From Nemertoderma westbladi (taxonomy: Eukaryota; Animalia; Xenacoelomorpha): a stretch of DNA of 39,302 nucleotides. The position numbers and the translations under genes are program-made. The notes under the pieces are model-generated. The model did not search any database, had not been told where the DNA came from, and was given only the letters and a program-made list of their open reading frames with translations. Of this stretch, positions 1 through 10,837 are shown piece by piece. The first letter of the stretch is position 1. Each line of letters starts with the position of its first letter. Location of the stretch: positions 1 to 39,302 of the forward strand of contig JAUCBJ010008489.1 of assembly GCA_032718475.1 (NCBI GenBank), written 5' to 3'.

Positions 1-329
1 GATATCATAGAGCCAGCGTATCGGAACACGCAAGTCAAGGCCCTTTGTTAATAAAGCAAATACACTGAAGTATAAAATAACATACACATAACTAACAACC
101 AATACACATAGTTAAGATAAGATACAGTACGATAAAAAAACAAAAAATAATACAAATACATAGTATACTACTATAAAATATGTATTTAAAGGGGGTTAGG
201 GATTATATAGGTTCTAGAATTATTGATCAGCACCATATCACAGGCCGTTCGTTTAGAACAGCTGTTATAAATTAGCATCATATCACTAATAATTAGGATA
301 TCACAGTACGTACGTATCGTATCAAGCTG

Positions 330-881
330 TTAGCGCATATTCAAATAGTGGTTTTTGATACCATGATTAAATGACTCCAGGGATATTTTATTTTTTAGTT
401 TATTGGGCAGGGAGTTTCATAGACTCGGGCCTAAGAATGACAGCGTTTCACAACCAACAGCTGTTCTGCGTGAGGGGATTACGGCTCGGTTCTCGCTCCT
501 ACGAAGGTTAATTCCAGTTGAGTCGAAAATAACTAAATTCTGGAGATATGGTTGGGATAGGGAGGCCACGACTAATACGATACATGTGACATAATGTGCT
601 TTGTTCAACACGAGTGTCAATAGCTAGCCATGACATTTTAATTATCTTGCGTTATGTGTGTCCGGTGGTGCAGTCCCAGGCAGAATCGAATGCACTTCCG
701 TTGGAGTTACTGTAGTTGGTTCTGTAGACCTTTGCTTGTGCTATAGTACCAGCAGGATGATACAAAGTCCAAGTGAGGTTGAATTAGAGCATTACAAACG
801 AACCTTTTGGTGTAATAATCAAGTATAGACCCATGTTTGTAAAGGAATCGTAGAGTTGAGTTGCATTTCTTTATAACCTTT
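330..881 (-). pseudogene. Degenerate L2/CR1-group LINE ORF2, C-terminal part
   Basis: Minus strand reads KKCNSTLRFLYKHGSILDYYTKRFVCNALIQPHLDFVSSCWY...LQRKCIRFCLGL...LSFLGPSL*NSLPNKLK, the typical post-RT region and C-terminus of L2/CR1-type LINEs; contains stops and frameshifts. Confidence 0.8.
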
Positions 882-1092
882 TGTGTGATATGGGTCAGTC
901 ATGTGTCTGACATATTGGATATAACACATAGGCCTGGGATTTACCTACTTCAGTACTTTCGTAGTTAGCAGTAGGCCTAGTACATTTAGGTATATTGTAC
1001 CGGTTTGTGGTTTGCCGGCCTTTATGTGTTATGTTATATATCAGTATTTGATATCCTCAAATATATACCTATACATTGGAAGTTATATTACA
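882..1092 (+). repeat. 5' LTR (211 bp) of Gypsy element
   Basis: Starts TGTGTG and ends TTACA; 912-1092 matches 5083-5255 with 2 substitutions and one 8-bp indel. Confidence 0.92.
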
Positions 1093-1111
1093 TGGCGCTG
1101 CGAGTAGGGTT
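1093..1111 (+). promoter_or_regulatory. Primer-binding site, probably tRNA-Ser-type
   Basis: TGGCGCTGCGAGTAGGGTT directly follows the LTR; its reverse complement AACCCTACTCGCAGCG-CCA resembles a tRNA-Ser 3' end (isoacceptor is inferred). Confidence 0.75.
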
Positions 1112-1401
1112 TTACTACAGAACTCTCCTAATGGATACACTATTGATTATTAACGGCAACAGCCCCCAGTAGCCTGGCAACTCGGGCAGGGTGGCTCTGT
1201 AGAATCCTGGCAGGTGGATTCTAGTATATACTCTCAGGCCGGCAATCACAAACAGTAACCACGCGGTCGTCTTCCCGCCTCGCTGGCAGGACGCCATCCC
1301 CTCCGCCTACGCCGCTGCAATCTGGACGTCTTCCGCCCCGGCACCCCATTACACGCATCGCACCATTCCTCCATTCACCCAACCACTGCAGCCTACAGGT
1401 T

Positions 1402-1880
1402 TTGCACGACGACCCAACCATTGAAGGAGAAAACAGCGAAGAGGAAGGTAACACCGTTGCCATGGAAGAGATAATCCCATCCAAGTTTGACCCGCGCATG
1501 TTCATGGTTAAACGCCCATGTGAGAAATTCTATATTGAAACAGAGGCTGACCAATGGCGGACATGGAAACGGCAATGGGAAAACTTCCTCGGGACGTCCG
1601 GTATCGACCGACTACTTGAAGTCGATCCACGTACTGGTGAACATTTTCCCAGCGATGAAATGACAGCAACACTAAGGGCTGCAAAGCAGAAAATTACAAG
1701 GAATGAGCTCCTTGCATCACTCTCCAGGAACACAGTAGAGACTCTAGATGGGCTAGGTATGACAGATGCTGACTGGAACTCCCCAGATGCCATTATTGCT
1801 GCATTGGATAAATTTATTCTAGGTGGGCGGAATGTTTGGAAATACCGAGATGAATTCGGTATAAGAGGGAAACAGGACAC
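1402..1880 (+). pseudogene. Gypsy gag, N-terminal (capsid-like) part
   Basis: WRTWKRQWENF...KYRDEFGIRGKQ, a Mag-type gag pattern; the ORF tail to 1965 is read-through into the insertion. Confidence 0.75.
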
Positions 1881-3419
1881 GTTCGTGGGGACTTCGCGCA
1901 GCACGAGGCCTAGTTATTATATACAAATTAAAATGCAGCGACTGTATCACAAAATCAGGTTTTGAGAAATTTACCCACACCACCAATCAATCAAAGAAAG
2001 GTGGACAGTACGTGTTCACCCCTTTTAATCTCCCCCCACCCTTCCCAACCACCAATACATAACCGCGACATCTACCACCCACGGAAGGGTAGCACGAACT
2101 TATTTCCAATCGCACGTTAAATATGCAAAGCCAGGTGGTTTATAGGAATATAATAAACGCAGTACTCGTTTTCATTATAAGCCTCTTTGCGTTCGTCCTG
2201 TTTTGTATTTAAATATATTTCTTAAACGCAAGCTAGGACGATCTTTATAATAATAATAACTAGGGATGCGATCAATATGTGAAGCCAGGTGGTTTATATA
2301 ATAATTTTAGTCAACGCAGTACTCGTCTTCATTATATGCCTCGTTGCGCTCGTCGCTTGTCCTGTTTTGTCATAAAATATTTTTCCTAAACGCAGACTGA
2401 CGATCTTTATACAGTTATAACTATGCGAAGTTTCGAAACTGTGCGAGTAACTGTTGATACATCTATGTGGAGATGTGTGATATGTGGAGATGTGTGATAC
2501 AACGCCAACGCATCTTATGCCGATGTAGTAATATGGGTATTGAAATAATATTAAATCAATGTACACTCTTAAAGCTGCAGCGAAAAAATGTAGCTAATTT
2601 CCTAGGTTACATATAAAATAATAATATTATTTTTAAGAACATTAATTTTACTACTTTGCAAAAATTCAATTAAAAAATAACCAGACATATACATTGTGGA
2701 ATAAACTATTTCAGAAGCCTACAACAGCCATGCCATGGATTGTATTTATGTTATTATATCTGTCATTTAACTGAGATAGCAATAGTAGTAATAGTCGAAC
2801 GGTTATGCGGCCCGTCCAGCCTATAATAAACACAATTCAGTGATTGGGCTGGAATAGCAATACTGGTTGCCTCTATTACAATTCCTCTCAGGTTAGTCTA
2901 CAGCCACAACTCACAGCAGCTAGCTCCACACCAGCAGAGACTTGACCAATAATGGGAAGGATAAAATTTGTACTCAATAATTGTGCGGTTTAATTACGTT
3001 TAGATCAATTAAAGACACATTTATTAAAGCAAATCACTTAAACTAATTAAAAACTATAATAGAATGGCGTATGGGGATTATATCTGTATAATTTTTAAGT
3101 ATAATTATTTAAATCTTATACTGTAAAACAATTAATTTCCTTTAAAAGGCAGGTTGAAAATGGCGTTTTCACCGCAATCAACTTAATTAACTAATTAACT
3201 GCTATTATCTTAGCTTCTCGAAGGCCACACGGAAATTCTACTTGGAAAATTTCTAAACTTTTGCCAAACAACATGTGTACCAAGTTTGGATAGATTTCAT
3301 CAAAGATTGGCCGAGTTATTAACGTTTAAAATTGAACACGACAGAACGACAGAACGACAGAACGACAGGTTGATTAATGGTACCACTACGCTAAGGCTCA
3401 CTCACTTCGTGGCTCGCCC
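1880..3419. mobile_element. ~1.5 kb AT-rich non-coding insertion in gag, possibly Helitron/Helentron-derived
   Basis: Separates gag ...RGKQ from HNETFAEFVVALRK...; left end has GC-rich GTGGGGACTTCGCGCAGCACG..CTAG (core also at 38069-38089); right end has (ACAGAACG)n microsatellite and GCTCACTCAC..GCTCGCCCC; internal diverged ~125-bp direct repeat (2128-2250 / 2282-2410). Confidence 0.55.
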
Positions 3420-4052
3420 CACAATGAGACTTTTGCAGAGTTTGTTGTGGCCCTACGTAAAATTGGAACCAAGTGTGACTTTCCATTTACTGCCAGAAAT
3501 GCCACAGATGCAATGAATGACAACCTTCTTAAGCAACTTATTCTCATGCCGGGTAATGATAAAGAGATTGCAGACCACCTCCTGGAACTTCCTGAAACAG
3601 TCACTTTCACTGAAGCACTAAAGGTAGCTGAGTCAATGGAGGCTGCTCGAAAGACACGCTCAGACATTAGCACTGCAAGGTCAACTAGTATGACTAGTGG
3701 AAGTGGTGATACAAACAGACTTGTGGCCAAGTCCAAGACAAAGAAATGCTTTTATTGTGGCCATGAACTCCCACATGGCCCGGGCCAGAAATTTCGCACC
3801 TGCTCTGCAATTGGTGAGATATGTACACATTGCAGCAAATGTGGCCACTATAATCGATGCTGCCCATCCCACACCAATGGTGCTAGGAACAATACACGTA
3901 GTAGACAAATTGGCCGTGGTGGATACATTGGCCATGGTGGATACATTGGCCGTGGTGGATACATGGGCCACGGCACATATACTGGCGGCAATGATCGGTA
4001 CAATAGGGGCCAAATGACAACCACAGACCTACAACACCGTATGGTCCCCTAA
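3420..4052 (+). pseudogene. Gypsy gag, C-terminal part with two zinc knuckles
   Basis: NETFAEFVVALRKIGTKCDF...CFYCGHELPH...C-SAIGEI-CTHCSKCGHYNRCC, followed by an 18-bp repeat encoding GGYIG(R/H). Confidence 0.85.
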
Positions 4053-4270
4053 TAACACCAATATAAATAACGAAGATCAATATCTATACGAGGACCAGTA
4101 TCCAACAGTGACAATGCACCAAATCTATCTAGTCTCCAGGGGGACCCAACACTACTCACGTGTTTGGCCCTAGTACCCAGTCCTGATTCTACTAAAGCTC
4201 TGGCCCATATTGCTGCTGCAGATGGCACAGCACGACAGCTGGATGAACTACAGCCACTAGAACTCACTCA

Positions 4271-4600
4271 ATGGCAAGTGCCGATCACCCATTACGGTTC
4301 AAGACAAATGTCTCAATTTTAGCTGATGGTGGGGCCAATCTTATGGCAGTGAGTCCTAATGTACCCAAGGCCATGGGTATTAAATGGCACCAATTGAGCA
4401 ACACAACCAACCCACCCCCAGCCCCAAAATGCGCTGATGGGTCAAATAAAGGACTCAAGCTCCTTGGTACATTCAGGGCACATGTATCATTTAAGGGCCT
4501 CAGTACTGATGTAGATGCATATGTGGTGCAATGGTGCATGGCCTAGCTAAGCCACTACTGTCTCGGACTGCATGCTTTGCCCTCACTATCCTAGCCAGTG
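4271..4600 (+). pseudogene. Retroviral-type aspartic protease remnant
   Basis: SILADGGANLMAVS at the D[ST]G position, then frameshifted GLAKPLLSRTACFAL. Confidence 0.7.
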
Positions 4601-4784
4601 AACATATTAATGGGGGACTCTCAGGATATAGTGATAATGCTGATAAATTCCATACACAAATTGGAAACTTCAATCAAGCTAATTGCCATATGATGACACC
4701 ACCATTCACCAATCCGCACCAATGCAATAGTAGTACATCAAATGGTGCTCAACAGTTGACCTCATAGAAGAATTTCCCAATGTA

Positions 4785-5082
4785 TTGTCTGGAATTTGCC
4801 GCATAATGAAGGGTCCACCAGTGGTGATTAGAATTCACACAGATGCAGTACCTGTTGCAGTGCACCACACACGTCAGATCCCTATTAACCTGGTTGAACC
4901 ATTTAAGCGTGAAATACGAGCACAAATTGATATGAGCATCATCGAGAAGGCTACAGATGATGCCAATCCTTCAGAATGGTGTAGTCCTATGGTTGTAACA
5001 AAGAAGAAGGACCCTTCTACATGCCGGGTCACTATAGATATGCGCGCTATAAATGATGCTACAATCCGTCCCACCTTCCCGT
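4785..5082 (+). pseudogene. Gypsy reverse transcriptase N-terminus, truncated by deletion
   Basis: RQIPINL...IIEK...SEWCSPMVVTKKKD...RVTIDMRAIN...RPTFP, then runs directly into 3' LTR sequence. Confidence 0.88.
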
Positions 5083-5255
5083 ATATTGGATATAACACAT
5101 AGGCCTGGGATTTACCTACTTTCGTAGTTAGCAGTAGGCCTAGTACATTTAGGTATATTGTACCGGTTTGTGGTTTGCCGGCCTTTATGTGTTATGTTAT
5201 ATATCAGTATTTGATATCCTCAAATATATACCGATACATTGGAAGTTATGTTACA
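5083..5255 (+). repeat. 3' LTR of Gypsy element, missing its first ~30 bp
   Basis: Near-identical to 912-1092, ends TTACA and is followed by TSD CCTTT. Confidence 0.92.
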
Positions 5256-5308
5256 CCTTTGCTGCCATTGAATCGCCTGACATATTGTTTTATTGGCATC
5301 CAATTAGT
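5256..5308 (-). pseudogene. Continuation of the interrupted L2/CR1 LINE
   Basis: Removing the LTR element and one TSD restores NMSGDSMAAK-VIKKCNSTLRFLY in frame. Confidence 0.8.
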
Positions 5309-6275
5309 GGAGGTCCACTAAAGGTCCATATCTTAGGATCATATCATAGTACAGTAATATCTTTTCAATATCATTATTCCATCATGTGCCCTTAGCATAC
5401 TCATTAATACCGGAAACCCATATGCGGAATGTCATGACTGTTACATGGAATGGCTGTGTAGGGTATATTAAGCGGGGTGACGGTGAAACTACTCTGGTTG
5501 ATTTTTTAGTGAAATTTAACACCCCTCAGTGTATTCTTACCCCCATGGTATTTTAAATTTCAATATAATTTAAATTCGATGTAAGACCAAAGACTACAGT
5601 TTGAGAACAGACGACCACAGATACCTCTAGTACTGTAGTACTGCAGTACACAGACAAACACACTCTGGATATTTGTATATGGCTGTATGGTAGAAAGTAG
5701 GCCTACTGCTGTACTGCAGTAGGCCTATTGCAGTATTGTAGAAGATACAAAAAAACACACCGGGCGGGACTGAGAATACACTTGGGAAATTTAACCAGGG
5801 ATAGATTTGCATAGGCCTAGAGGCTAGAGCTGTAGCTGTGTAGAGTAAGACACTGGCTGACTGGAGCTGGAGGGGGTTGAAAGTGAAATACACTTGGGAA
5901 AATACACCCTGGACCCTGGGAATAGGCCTACACTAGGGAATTTTAACTGGGGAGTGATTTTGCATGGGGAGTGAAAATTCACTGTTACATCGGTATTGGC
6001 GGTACCAGTATTTAGTTATTTATTTTGTTACCGGTACCGGTAGTTGTTAGCTATTTCTGTAGGCCTGTTTAATTTAAATTTTGTTCTAATATATTTTCTA
6101 TCAATATTCAAAAAACAGAGTAACAAAACAAGGAAACTAATATTTGGAGAGGGCAGGAGGGTGTGCACAAAACCAAAAACACTAGTAGTTTTAGTACCAG
6201 AGTAAATACCTAGCTAAACCTACCGCTACCAGGCAGCCAGGCCACCGGTACTGTAATACGGAATAAACCGTAACA

Positions 6276-7517
6276 ATGACCTCGAAGGAGGCCGTTACGA
6301 TCGCGACGACGAACTTCCCAGCATACGGCGTCGTCCCGCTCAACTCCAACCACGTTCTGATCTCGGGAGGGGGCGGGCCGGCGAAAACCGGCGTCGGTAA
6401 CGGATTCGAGATATACGAAATAACCCGCGACGACGGAGGAATCCTTTCCGGGGAATCCCGACTAAACTACAACACGGACGAAGTAAACGACTCCCACGCG
6501 GCGGTCATGGGAACCGCGGTTTATTCCGACGGCAGAACTACCGCGGTCGCGCTAGCTATGGACAACGTCTGCCAAACGATGACTCTGAGAAAGTGCAGAA
6601 TAAAACGACGAATAAGCGAATCCAGCGACACAGTGGACGATGGATCCTCTACGATAAGGAACCGTCGTACATCCTCGGTGTCTAAACGCGAAGGTTTACC
6701 GGGGTACCGCGCGATCCCAGGGCCTCAGATTGCTGCAACCGAGTCAACGAACTTCATTAAATCGATTAGTTTCAGTCCGGACGGCTCGTTCATCGCTACG
6801 GCTGATTCCGTGGGATGGACCTCGTTGTGGGACTTCCCGAGCGGCACTTCCCGGGGGAGTTACTCCCTCACTCCTCCAGCATCCACTCCTCCCGACACCT
6901 CCGGCGTAGACATCGCCTCATCCGGGATGTGCGCATCCGCGCTCTCCACCGGCGAGGTCCTCCTCTACGACCCGCGGCTCCGGACCACCGAATCCCTCAG
7001 TTGGACTCGCGACGCCGCTCTCGCATCCCGCTACCGCTGCCGCGCATGCCGTTTCGCCCCGGGGGAGGGCGGCGTCCGACTCTATACCGCGCATATCGGA
7101 CGACGACGTGGCGTTCTTGCGTACCTCGTCGGCTGGGACGTCGGGGAAACGACGAGTCCTCGACAACGCTCCCAAATCGGCGAGACGCCTTCCGCTCTCG
7201 CGGCGAACCCGAGGTTCGTCGCGCTCGGAACCATCGAAGGTTCCGTCTTCCTCCACATCGCCTTCAACCTCCAACGACTCCGCCACTTCCGCAACGTCCA
7301 CTACTCCTTCGTGACGTCATTGTGCTTCCTACCCCCTGGGGAACCATCCCCCTTTTCCCCCGGCACCGAGGTCGCGGTGCTCAGCGTCTCCGTAGACAAG
7401 CACTGTCGCCTCCTAACGGTGCGACAGCGCACTATGTGGTCAGCGTGGTGGCCTTTGATTGGCGCCGCTCTGCTTATCTGTCTGTGTATGTGGGGACTGG
7501 CTAGGGTCGGCCTCTAG
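6276..7517 (+). CDS. PREB: Prolactin regulatory element-binding protein / SEC12 homologue (Sar1 GEF, WD40 beta-propeller with C-terminal membrane anchor), single exon
   Basis: N-terminal FPAYG...GGGGPAKTGVGN K-loop signature; WD-like repeats (SISFSPDGSFIAT, FVALGTIEGSV, VHYSFVTSLCFLP, VLSVSVDKHC); hydrophobic C-terminal helix WWPLIGAALLICLCMWGL; intact 413 aa. Confidence 0.92.
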   Translation: MTSKEAVTIATTNFPAYGVVPLNSNHVLISGGGGPAKTGVGNGFEIYEITRDDGGILSGESRLNYNTDEVNDSHAAVMGTAVYSDGRTTAVALAMDNVCQTMTLRKCRIKRRISESSDTVDDGSSTIRNRRTSSVSKREGLPGYRAIPGPQIAATESTNFIKSISFSPDGSFIATADSVGWTSLWDFPSGTSRGSYSLTPPASTPPDTSGVDIASSGMCASALSTGEVLLYDPRLRTTESLSWTRDAALASRYRCRACRFAPGEGGVRLYTAHIGRRRGVLAYLVGWDVGETTSPRQRSQIGETPSALAANPRFVALGTIEGSVFLHIAFNLQRLRHFRNVHYSFVTSLCFLPPGEPSPFSPGTEVAVLSVSVDKHCRLLTVRQRTMWSAWWPLIGAALLICLCMWGLARVGL

Positions 7518-7590
7518 ATGGTAGACCATAGTCCCTACTTACGGTACTACACTTTATCCTTAAAGATGTTTTATTTAAAGATGTTCCTGA

Positions 7591-7596
7591 AATAAA
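7591..7596 (+). terminator. Putative polyadenylation signal of PREB
   Basis: AATAAA ~75 bp after the stop codon, followed by T-rich sequence. Confidence 0.5.
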
Positions 7597-9599
7597 TTAA
7601 ATTGTGATTTATTTACAACTGAAATACAAATTTTTCTAAGTTATATTACAATTAAGTTTTGATTAAATAACCTTAACCTATTAATAATTGAACTCAAAAT
7701 ATAAAAATATGTAGATAATTACGGTTTGGTACTTTGGTAGTTTATTTAGTAATTAGTAGAACAACTCGGGTAACTGCGATTCAAATTATTTTACTCTTCA
7801 ACTCCTGATTCTGCCTTACTATTTTCTACTTCGTTGGTCTTTCAACACATGCATTAAAATTTAAGAAATTCCACCAAAAATGATTTAATTTACTTTTTCT
7901 CGCTGGGAAAAAAGTAAAACTTTAAGAATAAAATAGATTAAATCTCGTTACTAGTTAGGTTAATGTACAATAGTTTAATGAGTAAATTTAATCAAAGAGC
8001 CAAAGCGAATTAGTTTGTGTTCCGAAACTCAGGGAGAAAAGAACAGGGTGCGGCGTCCCTGGGAGGAAATGTTTAAGGATTTACTTTGAGGGAAGTTGTA
8101 CTACATTGAACGCCATTGCTTTTTAGTATTGCAGTAGTTAACTATCCTCGCATACTAACGGATGGTAAACCGCTTTAATCGTTAAACAATTAGTTATAAA
8201 GATTTTAGTCAAACAATTATAATAATAATAATTTATTTTTTTGAATATACTTTTTCATATGAAGTTCGTAGATTCTATATTGTCGCGTCGCTATTTATTT
8301 AAATAAATAACTCTATTTCTTTGTGCATGAGTTGTTGTGCTGTTTAGTGGTTTAGTGTTGTATTAGTTTTAGTTCGAACTTTAGTATAATTAATTGATTG
8401 GGTTATTGTTGTTAATATGAATATTTATTTTTAAATCAAATGACGATGGGTGGATATTGGATACCAAGTCACCGGTATCTATGTACTTGTTGTTTTGGTT
8501 GCTGTGTAGTGGTTGGTAGTATTTATTTAGTTTCTAAATTTGTAATTCATATTTGAGCTTATAATAATTATTTAATATACCTGTGTGGTGTCGCATAATA
8601 GATAAAGAGCTATTATTTTGATATACTCTTATTAAACAATGTCTATCACCCCCGCTATAGCAATGGAGAATACCAAAGATGAGTTCCAGCTGTTTATTGT
8701 TTCTATGTTATATTATTTTACCATGTAGTGTAGAGCTTTCACTTTTTCATAAAGTTGACAAAATGCAGCAAAGCAATTAACAATAAATAAACTAGAACGC
8801 CATTAAGATGTCTGTAAACGAACCAGTCTTACACAGACTCTAAGAAACAGATGGGATTGGAAGATGCAAACCAAGAATGACTTACATCAACCAAATAAAC
8901 TGCCTCCCATCTAATGTAATACACATTCGCCTAGGCAAACAAATAATAATAATCACAAATAGTGCGATGTGTGAACTGGTATCCCTATCGGCAACCTGAG
9001 AAACGGCCCCAAAGATCTGTTTATTCTGCGGAGGGATCTTTCTGTATTAGATAAATAAAAGAAAGTACACTAATAAATTCTACCTAATACATTCTCAGTT
9101 AGCTTAATAAAAAACATCGGAGCAACCAATATAATGTACATGTACAAGCCTTCTATAAAAGTTTGTGAAATGTTCCATTAAGTCTACCCAACAGCCGTTT
9201 GTACCCGGCTGGCATCCTGGTTCATGTTTCTGGTTTTGTTAGTTTAATCGACAGCTGTTGTAAACATCCCAGATATACAAAACCTACTAAGCCTTTACAT
9301 TACAATTGAGCTTAGCCTAAGTTGATGACAGTATTATAACGATGACAATTATGCACTATAGATACATACGATATATAAATGATGTACTGCTTGTTACACT
9401 AACTGACTGAATAGAGATAGAACAATAATAATATAATCAATGTACGTAACTCAAAATGACATAAGTAGTGAAATGTTGATCAGCTGTAAAAGTGTAGTTG
9501 TGGCTTGTGGGTATTTAATTTCGCGTTCCATAATGTTGACAATATGCTAATACTTAGAATATCGCACATTATGCCCCCCCCCCCCCCCCCACAATTCCG

Positions 9600-9990
9600 C
9601 ATCACGCAGAAATTATCCGCATCTTCAAGTCCAGAGTATCTTTAAAGTTTTAAGAGGAATCTCAAGAAAGACAATGGCAGACCAGTGACCACCATGCTTA
9701 TTCTCTCCATGATTGCAATCGTACACTAGGTTGTACGCATGGATAAAGCAATGTCCTGTAAAGCGGAGGCGGCTCCTTTCACATGTTAAGCTGGGGGGTG
9801 GGTCTAATGAGTCACCCCCAATGCTGTATGAACGAACACATCTGGTTAGATATGTGTTCATTGTACTTGACACAATGAACCCGGCGCAGCATTCTTTTGA
9901 AATTGCCTCCCAGAGAATTGGTATCCTCTGCAGTTGGAGCCCGGCATGGACTCCCATAAAAAGTACTGCGAACTGGTTCTACTGCTGCCT
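9600..9990 (-). pseudogene. Old RTE-clade LINE 3' remnant
   Basis: PSLTCERSRLRFTGHCF...NKHGG matches the C-terminus of the 28178-30379 ORF (PSLTLEQNRLRFAGHCF...NKHGG); heavily mutated. Confidence 0.8.
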
Positions 9991-10519
9991 TAATTAATAA
10001 ATTAATAATAGAACCTTCATTTTCCGACGTATTATATGGGACTTCAAAATCCTGGGAAGACTATTTAGTGCTACAAAATCATAAAATCGTAATCATGATA
10101 AAAATTAGATGAATATGAAGATACAGGCAGACCGACGAGAGGTTTCGTTGGCCTACCCCTACACTATACCTAGCAGGTCGCCTCATTCACTATCTTGTAT
10201 TTCATTATTATATATTCTTAAATTAAATAAAAATTTTATCCCTTGACAAATATTGATCAACACTCTCCGCAGCACTAAAACCATTTCTTCCGCAGCACTA
10301 AAACCATTTCTCTCACATCTATGCCGCTGAGACACCAAAATGTAAATTTTATTTTGGCGGTTTACATCACACGCCACCGCCCACCTCCTTTAAAAGGATA
10401 ACGTAACTATTACATTAACACATTCTTTTCGGATTTTCTCCCATTTTGTGACCGCTAAATGTATAATATGAACTTCAAAACATTTACCACACAACTACTG
10501 TAATTGACTTATATTTACT

Positions 10520-10705
10520 GTATACACCATGACCCGTAATAATGATGGTGTCACTTTTTGATGACACCCCCCCCCCCCCCCCTCTCCCAAATTGGTCTAC
10601 AAATCTTTATCATATTGCTTGAAATATATTTGGGGGGGGGGGGGGGGGGGGGGTCCGTGTCATAAGAAAATGACACTACATTACGGTACGGGACATACTG
10701 AATAC
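10520..10705. mobile_element. MITE-like foldback element
   Basis: Imperfect ~70-bp inverted arms (GACCCGT..GTGTCACTTTTTGATGACAC-polyC-CCAAAT / ATTTGG-polyG-GTGTCATAAGAAAATGACAC..ACGGGAC) around a short spacer. Confidence 0.6.
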
Positions 10706-10837
10706 GTTTACCGATTCTAAAAGAATATTAACGAACCGAATAATCGTCGGCGGGAAACTGGAGGAGTTCCTTCATCGAATCGTTCTGGATGTGGATTTTC
10801 TTCTGGACTACGAAAGTTTCATAATCGAGCGGCTCAA

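Larger units (their letters stand above)
882..5255 (+). mobile_element. Ty3/Gypsy (Mag-like) LTR retrotransposon, internally deleted and non-functional
   Basis: TG...CA termini, 5-bp TSD CCTTT (877-881 and 5256-5260), paired LTRs, PBS, and gag/protease/RT remnants in order. Confidence 0.92.

Noticed and set aside
6815-7504. Alternative-frame and antisense ORFs over PREB
   Set aside because: Arg/Pro-rich shadows expected from GC-rich codon usage; no recognisable motifs
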